From: an uncultured Actinomycetota bacterium
GTDB taxonomy: Bacteria > Actinomycetota > Actinomycetes > JAHEKZ01
DNA length: 64,000 bases
Direction: 5' to 3'
Assembly (NCBI GenBank): GCA_963829525.1
Contig: CAWHIJ010000003.1
Coordinates: 2,848,001 to 2,912,000 of the forward strand
The notes under the pieces are model-generated. The model worked only from the letters and a program-made list of their open reading frames with translations. It ran no database searches and was not told the origin of the DNA. Below are positions 59,649-64,000 of this stretch, piece after piece. The position numbers and the translations under genes were made by a program. How positions within the stretch are numbered: the first letter of the stretch is position 1; every line of letters begins with the position of its first letter.

Positions 59649-60042
59649 CTACACGGCCCCCATGCGCCCCCAAGTTCGTCCGTGGGCCATTCGACCCGGG
59701 CCAGACCGGTGAACGTGTCGATACCGTCGACTATGACCAAGAGTGGCATGCAGTTCCTCGGTATCGCTCCTTCTTGCTGCTGCGGGGTTGCGGTCGAGGT
59801 GACGTTCGATGCCCTCGGCGACTCCGAGGCGCACCGCATCGACCAGGCGGTCGAGCAGTCGGACGGTGCAGCCCTTCGGCGGTCCCAGACGGTGACCAGC
59901 CTTGATCGTCAGGGTGATCGGTGTGCACGTCGGACACCAGGCCCGTCATCGAGGTGGTGAATCGGTCGTGTTGTCCGAGCTCCCACGACGCCGCGAGGGT
60001 TTCCCTGGTCAGGGCCTTCGTCTTGTTCAAGATGGCTTCCAC
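59649..60042 (-). CDS. Probable small helical hypothetical protein, frameshifted at ~59925; ends uncertain
   Basis: VEAILNKTKALTRETLAASWELG...VSDVH continues in another frame as ITLTIKAGHRLG...LLDRLVDAVRLGVAEGIERHL with GC-rich third positions. Confidence 0.4.
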
Positions 60043-60181
60043 CGACAAGACTTCCCGAGGTCTCCTCAGCCCGCCATCCTGACCCGCTCGGGGCCGAGGC
60101 CTCCGCCAAGGAGGCCGACGCCACTCCCGACAACGAGGGACCCGCATAGCGCCAGCACTCGGCAGGGACCCTGGTCATAAG

Positions 60182-60238
60182 CCGCTGACTTCGGATCATT
60201 ATCCGCGCCTGGCGCGGTTTTCGCTCCGCAGTCAGCGG
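60182..60238. repeat. REP-like palindromic element, copy B
   Basis: CCGCTGACT...CCGCGC-CTG-GCGCGG...AGTCAGCGG long hairpin; similar to 36843-36893. Confidence 0.7.
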
Positions 60239-60270
60239 AAGAACGTCTACTCGCCTGCAGAATGAGCCCC

Positions 60271-60696
60271 ATGCGAGCGGTGGTGCAGGTGGCGTGCGGT
60301 GCAGCGGTTCACGTCGACGGTCAGCGCGTTGGCGGTTTCGACGGCCCCGGGCTGGTCATCCTCGTCGGCGTCACCCACACCGACAGTGAGCAGGACGCCG
60401 AGCGGCTCGCCGACAAGATCTGGCAGCTGCGCATCATGGACGACGAGCGGTCGGCATCGGACAACCAGGCACCCGTGCTGGTGGTCAGCCAGTTCACCCT
60501 CTACGCCGACTTGAAGAAGGGGCGTCGCCCCAGCTGGTCGGCGGCAGCGCCGCGCCCGGTGAGCGAGCCCTTGGTGGAGTCAGTCATCACTGCGCTTCGG
60601 CGTCACGGTGCGAGCGTGACGACTGGTGTGTTCGGCGCCGACATGAAGGTGTCGCTGACCAACGACGGCCCGCGCACCTTGATCGTCGACAGCTAG
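60271..60696 (+). CDS. dtd: D-aminoacyl-tRNA deacylase
   Basis: [39 protein letters not shown]. Confidence 0.95.
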   Translation: MRAVVQVACGAAVHVDGQRVGGFDGPGLVILVGVTHTDSEQDAERLADKIWQLRIMDDERSASDNQAPVLVVSQFTLYADLKKGRRPSWSAAAPRPVSEPLVESVITALRRHGASVTTGVFGADMKVSLTNDGPRTLIVDS

Positions 60697-60806
60697 CGCG
60701 CCAACCACCGGCCGCTCGGATCTCGTCGACAGCTAGCGCGCGGAGCCTCAAGGACACGCGCGGGAGCATCAGCAACACGGACGTCAACCGCACGGACCGA
60801 CGACAG

Positions 60807-61757
60807 CTAGCTCGGCAGCTGCCAGCGCTGACCGCCATCAGGTGTCACGTAGGGCTCACCGGCGAGGTCGGCCAAGCCATCGGTGGGCGTTGCGAACGAG
60901 AGCGAGGGCAGCACCCGATCGTCGGCAATCCTGGTCTCCCCCAGGCAGCCCCCGAGGTTCCACGTCACACCACCGTCCTGGGTCACCTGCGCCTCGTAGC
61001 TGGGACACCGACCGCCGTCGCGCACGAGCACCCACCCCAGTTGCGGCCCCTCGAACGCAACGGCCTGCGCTCCGGCCACCGTGGCGCGCGACACCCACGT
61101 CAGCCCACCATCGGTCGTGGCGATCACATCGCCGTCGGCGCAGAGCACCGTTGCCTCGGTCTCAGAGATCTGTTCGACCGACAGCGGCGCAGTATCGCGA
61201 TCACTGCACGGGTTCCTCGCAATACCTGTGGGCGTGGCGATATCTCTTGCGGTGGCGGGCAGCCTGACGAAGACATCGGTGGCCGGCGCCGGCCCAGACC
61301 ACGTCTGGCCTCGGTCAGCCGAGGTCCAGATCCGGACGCGGCACTGCTGGTCAGCTCCGACCACCTCGACGGAGTTGGCACCCGTGGTGCGCAGGTCAAG
61401 GATCGCCTCGGCCGGCACCTCCAACGGACGCCAAGCCCTGCCACCGTTGGTCGTGCGCTCCAGGGCCGCACCGCCGAGACATGTTCCGGTGCGACCGCGG
61501 TAGGCGAGATCGGCGTCGACCATCAACAGTGGCGGTTCGATGGCTTCCGGCAGGGCGTCGGTTGCGGATGAGTCGGTGTCGGGCTTGTTGCCCTTGTCCT
61601 GCTTCGCGTCCTGGGTGGCTGGGGCGAGCGCAGATCCGCTTGGTGTCGGCGTCGGGGTTCCACGAGTGCTGCGCATCGCAGCGAACGCCAACCCGACAGC
61701 AACAACGGCAAGAAGCACGAGACCGATCGTTGCCCACGTGCCCCCCGAGCGCCGCAT
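60807..61757 (-). CDS. Membrane-anchored/secreted protein with Asp-box (BNR) repeats and Cys pairs
   Basis: N-terminal TM; TTNGGRAW, SADRGQTW, TTDGGLTW, TQDGGVTW, TPDGGQRW. Confidence 0.75.
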   Translation of the reverse strand: MRRSGGTWATIGLVLLAVVAVGLAFAAMRSTRGTPTPTPSGSALAPATQDAKQDKGNKPDTDSSATDALPEAIEPPLLMVDADLAYRGRTGTCLGGAALERTTNGGRAWRPLEVPAEAILDLRTTGANSVEVVGADQQCRVRIWTSADRGQTWSGPAPATDVFVRLPATARDIATPTGIARNPCSDRDTAPLSVEQISETEATVLCADGDVIATTDGGLTWVSRATVAGAQAVAFEGPQLGWVLVRDGGRCPSYEAQVTQDGGVTWNLGGCLGETRIADDRVLPSLSFATPTDGLADLAGEPYVTPDGGQRWQLPS

Positions 61758-61782
61758 CCCTCTCCCTCTTCCGATGACGACG

Positions 61783-62415
61783 TCAGGGTAGTGGTTCGCC
61801 CAGTTCCCGAATCTCGTCGCCCGACGTGTTGTCTGGCCACCACGATGGGTCGTTGGCATCCATCGCCGTCACGGCCGGCCCGATCCGGTAACCGATCTGA
61901 CGCGCCAGGTCGAGCAGCACAGCCAGCTCAGGAAGGGTGTAGCGCGCCCGCCCCGTCACCCGGCACACGAAGACCTCTCCCACCACGTCCCCGCGGTAGG
62001 AGATGGGAGCCCCGAGGCAAGTCGTCATTGCATATTCCACAAGGAAGTGCTGGCTCTCCGGAACGCCACCATCACTACCGATCGAGGCCACATAACCCCT
62101 GCCGTCGCGAAGGATCTGGGTAACTGTGGGGTAGTCAGCCACGGAGTAGTCGTCTCCGCTGGGATGCCCGATCTCGCGATGGCCCTCCTCGCCGACATTC
62201 ACCAGGGTGCGGTAACGATCACCCCTCAGTAGCGAGATCGATGAGACATCGGCATCGACGAACTCGCAGATGAAACTGGCAGCAGCGTCGGCGATCGACA
62301 CAAGGCCGGCGCGATCCTTGAGCCTCTCTCGCAGGGCGTTGCCCGCGGCCAGCCGGCTGATGGCGGACAGGTCGGAAGGGGAAGGGCGCGACGCATCCGG
62401 CAACTCGTCAGACAC
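61783..62415 (-). CDS. Stand-alone GAF-domain protein
   Basis: SISLL...RTLVNVG...YSVADYP...CLGAPISYRGDVVGEVFVCR; GAGGGGG RBS. Confidence 0.8.
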   Translation of the reverse strand: MSDELPDASRPSPSDLSAISRLAAGNALRERLKDRAGLVSIADAAASFICEFVDADVSSISLLRGDRYRTLVNVGEEGHREIGHPSGDDYSVADYPTVTQILRDGRGYVASIGSDGGVPESQHFLVEYAMTTCLGAPISYRGDVVGEVFVCRVTGRARYTLPELAVLLDLARQIGYRIGPAVTAMDANDPSWWPDNTSGDEIRELGEPLP

Positions 62416-62467
62416 AGCACCCCCTCAGGCAGAAGCGGCACCACTCGCGCGGCACCTCTTGCAGAGC

Positions 62468-62494
62468 AACGGCCGAACCTCGCCCCCGCTTGAG
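62468..62494 (-). promoter_or_regulatory. Candidate sigma-28 (WhiG/FliA) promoter of the GAF gene
   Basis: CTCAAG-N15-GCCGTT (CTCA-N17-GCCG). Confidence 0.5.
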
Positions 62495-62670
62495 TCCGTG
62501 TGGTGATAGTGCCTCGTATCCGGGCAAATGTCATCGGACCACCCCCAAGTGCACCCAGATGTCATCTTTCGCCCGATGACCCTCCGTGATGCCGCGCCAG
62601 CCGAGACGGGCCCGACTCGGTTCGACCTCTACCCTGACGGTGTGACCAAGCCCTCCTGCGCCGCCTTCCT

Positions 62671-64000
62671 GTGACCCGCGTCTCCGTCGCCAGCCCGCTG
62701 CGCCTGGCTACCGACGCTGGGCTGGACGCCGGACGCCGCGGCGGCAACGCCATCGATGCCGCCCTCGCCACGGCGGCAGTCCTCACCGTGGCGTATCCCG
62801 CCAGCTGCGCCATCGGTGGCGATCTGCTCGCGCTGGTCCGCGAGCCAGACGGCCAGATCACGTTCATCGACGCGTCAGGGCGCGCCCTGTTGGCCACCGA
62901 CGTCGAGGCTGTGCGCAGCCGACACAGCCAGATGCCGATCCACGGCCCTCTTCCAGTCACCGTTCCCGGCATGGTCGGTGGATGGTCTGCCCTGGCCGCT
63001 CACGGTTCAGCCTTGCCGTGGCGCGAACTTCTGGCGCCGGCGCAGGCGGCGGCCGCCGAGGGCATCTCGGTGTCGGCCGGTCTTGCAGAGTCGATCGAGG
63101 CGACCGTGCCGGCTCTCCGGCCTTTCCCCGACCTCGCCTCGCTGCTCGCTCCGGGGGGTACGCCCCTCACCGAAGGGCAGACGCTGCGACAGCCGGCGCT
63201 CGCACGCACACTTGCCGTCGTTGCCGGCGCAGGTCCATCCGCCCTCTACGACGGCGAGCTTTCGGAAACCTTCTGTGCCGGGTTGGCCGAACGCGGAGTC
63301 CCGATGACTCGCGCCGACCTTCGCGACTTCCGCGTCGATGAGGCGGCACCGCTTCAGGTCAACGCCGGCGGTTGGCAGGTTCAGGCAGGACGCCCCAGCT
63401 CGCAGGCGTATCTGGTTCTGCGGCTGCTCGGGATGCTCGACACCCTGGGCACGGAGGACGGGCGAAATGCCAACATCCCGTTGCATCGCCGGCTGCCGGC
63501 AGATCTGCTGGCGCGTGCGTTCCTGAAACTGTCGGAGGAACGCGACGCAATACTGGCCGACCAACGGTTCATGACCCAGCCGCTCGAAGACCTGCTCACA
63601 CCAGCAGCACTTGAACAGCTTGCCCAGAGCGTCCTCGCCGCCGCCGGGCCGCGCGGTGTGCCGGCAGCGCCGAGCGCCCACCCCGACGGTGACACCGTCG
63701 CCGTGGTTGCCGCGGACGACGAGGGGCGAAGTGTCTCGTTGATCCAGAGCCTGTTTCACGGATTCGGGTCGCTGATCCTGGAGCCGAACACCGGGATCTT
63801 GCTGCATGATCGTGGCGCCTGCTTCGTCCTCGATCCGCACTCGCCCAACGTGCTGGCGCCGGGCAAACGCCCGCTGCACACACTCTCACCGGTGCTGGCG
63901 CAGTCGGTCGACACCCCCGATGCACACCGTCTCGTCGTCGGCACGATGGGCGGACACGTGCAGCCGCAGATCCTGACGCAGGTGTTGTCACACTTGATGG
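62671..64000 (+). CDS. Gamma-glutamyltransferase family protein, 3'-truncated by the window edge (absent from the ORF track)
   Basis: GGNAIDAALA, IGGDL, VTVPGMV, LRQPALARTL, GDTVAV (catalytic Thr), SLIQSLFHGFGS, PGKRPLHTL, GTMGG..QPQ. Confidence 0.92.
   Translation, partial: MTRVSVASPLRLATDAGLDAGRRGGNAIDAALATAAVLTVAYPASCAIGGDLLALVREPDGQITFIDASGRALLATDVEAVRSRHSQMPIHGPLPVTVPGMVGGWSALAAHGSALPWRELLAPAQAAAAEGISVSAGLAESIEATVPALRPFPDLASLLAPGGTPLTEGQTLRQPALARTLAVVAGAGPSALYDGELSETFCAGLAERGVPMTRADLRDFRVDEAAPLQVNAGGWQVQAGRPSSQAYLVLRLLGMLDTLGTEDGRNANIPLHRRLPADLLARAFLKLSEERDAILADQRFMTQPLEDLLTPAALEQLAQSVLAAAGPRGVPAAPSAHPDGDTVAVVAADDEGRSVSLIQSLFHGFGSLILEPNTGILLHDRGACFVLDPHSPNVLAPGKRPLHTLSPVLAQSVDTPDAHRLVVGTMGGHVQPQILTQVLSHLM

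Noticed and set aside
57825-59839. Long antisense ORFs (448 and 520 aa) with repeated CSGC/ASR motifs
   Set aside because: Shadow frames of the E/A/R-rich repeat gene; stop codons are scarce in high-GC repetitive DNA.

Overview
High-GC actinobacterial (Actinomycetes) chromosomal segment. It carries the conserved core block carD-(PIN/TRAM)-ispD-ispF-cysS-rlmB, phoU/senX3-regX3 (phoR-phoP), gpmA, mshA, the mycothiol-dependent formaldehyde dehydrogenase pair, an hbhA-like gene, an rsiG/amfC-like gene, dtd and tRNA-Thr(TGT). Accessory material is interspersed: a fused DabB-DabA inorganic-carbon pump plus a PII-like gene next to the tRNA, ArsR-SulP, an arsenic cluster (acr3/arsR/arsI), a nucleotidyltransferase/kinase/flippase trio, a tandemly duplicated kinase-less membrane sensor, and a ~1800-aa LPXTG Ig-repeat surface protein. 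About ten genes carry single-base frameshifts that look like long-read assembly errors, densest at 54-60 kb. The most unusual signal lies at 48-62 kb. A DUF4388-like protein there contains 14 copies of a 19-residue E-x-x-A-W-x-x-H-x-x-W repeat with invariant Trp and His. That gene, the giant adhesin and a stand-alone GAF protein each have a sigma-28 (WhiG/FliA)-like promoter and lie near the c-di-GMP anti-sigma gene rsiG. Several families of short intergenic palindromes and 31-32-bp repeats are also present. No CRISPR, rRNA, transposase or integrase was seen. All family assignments come from motif recognition by eye; no searches were run.
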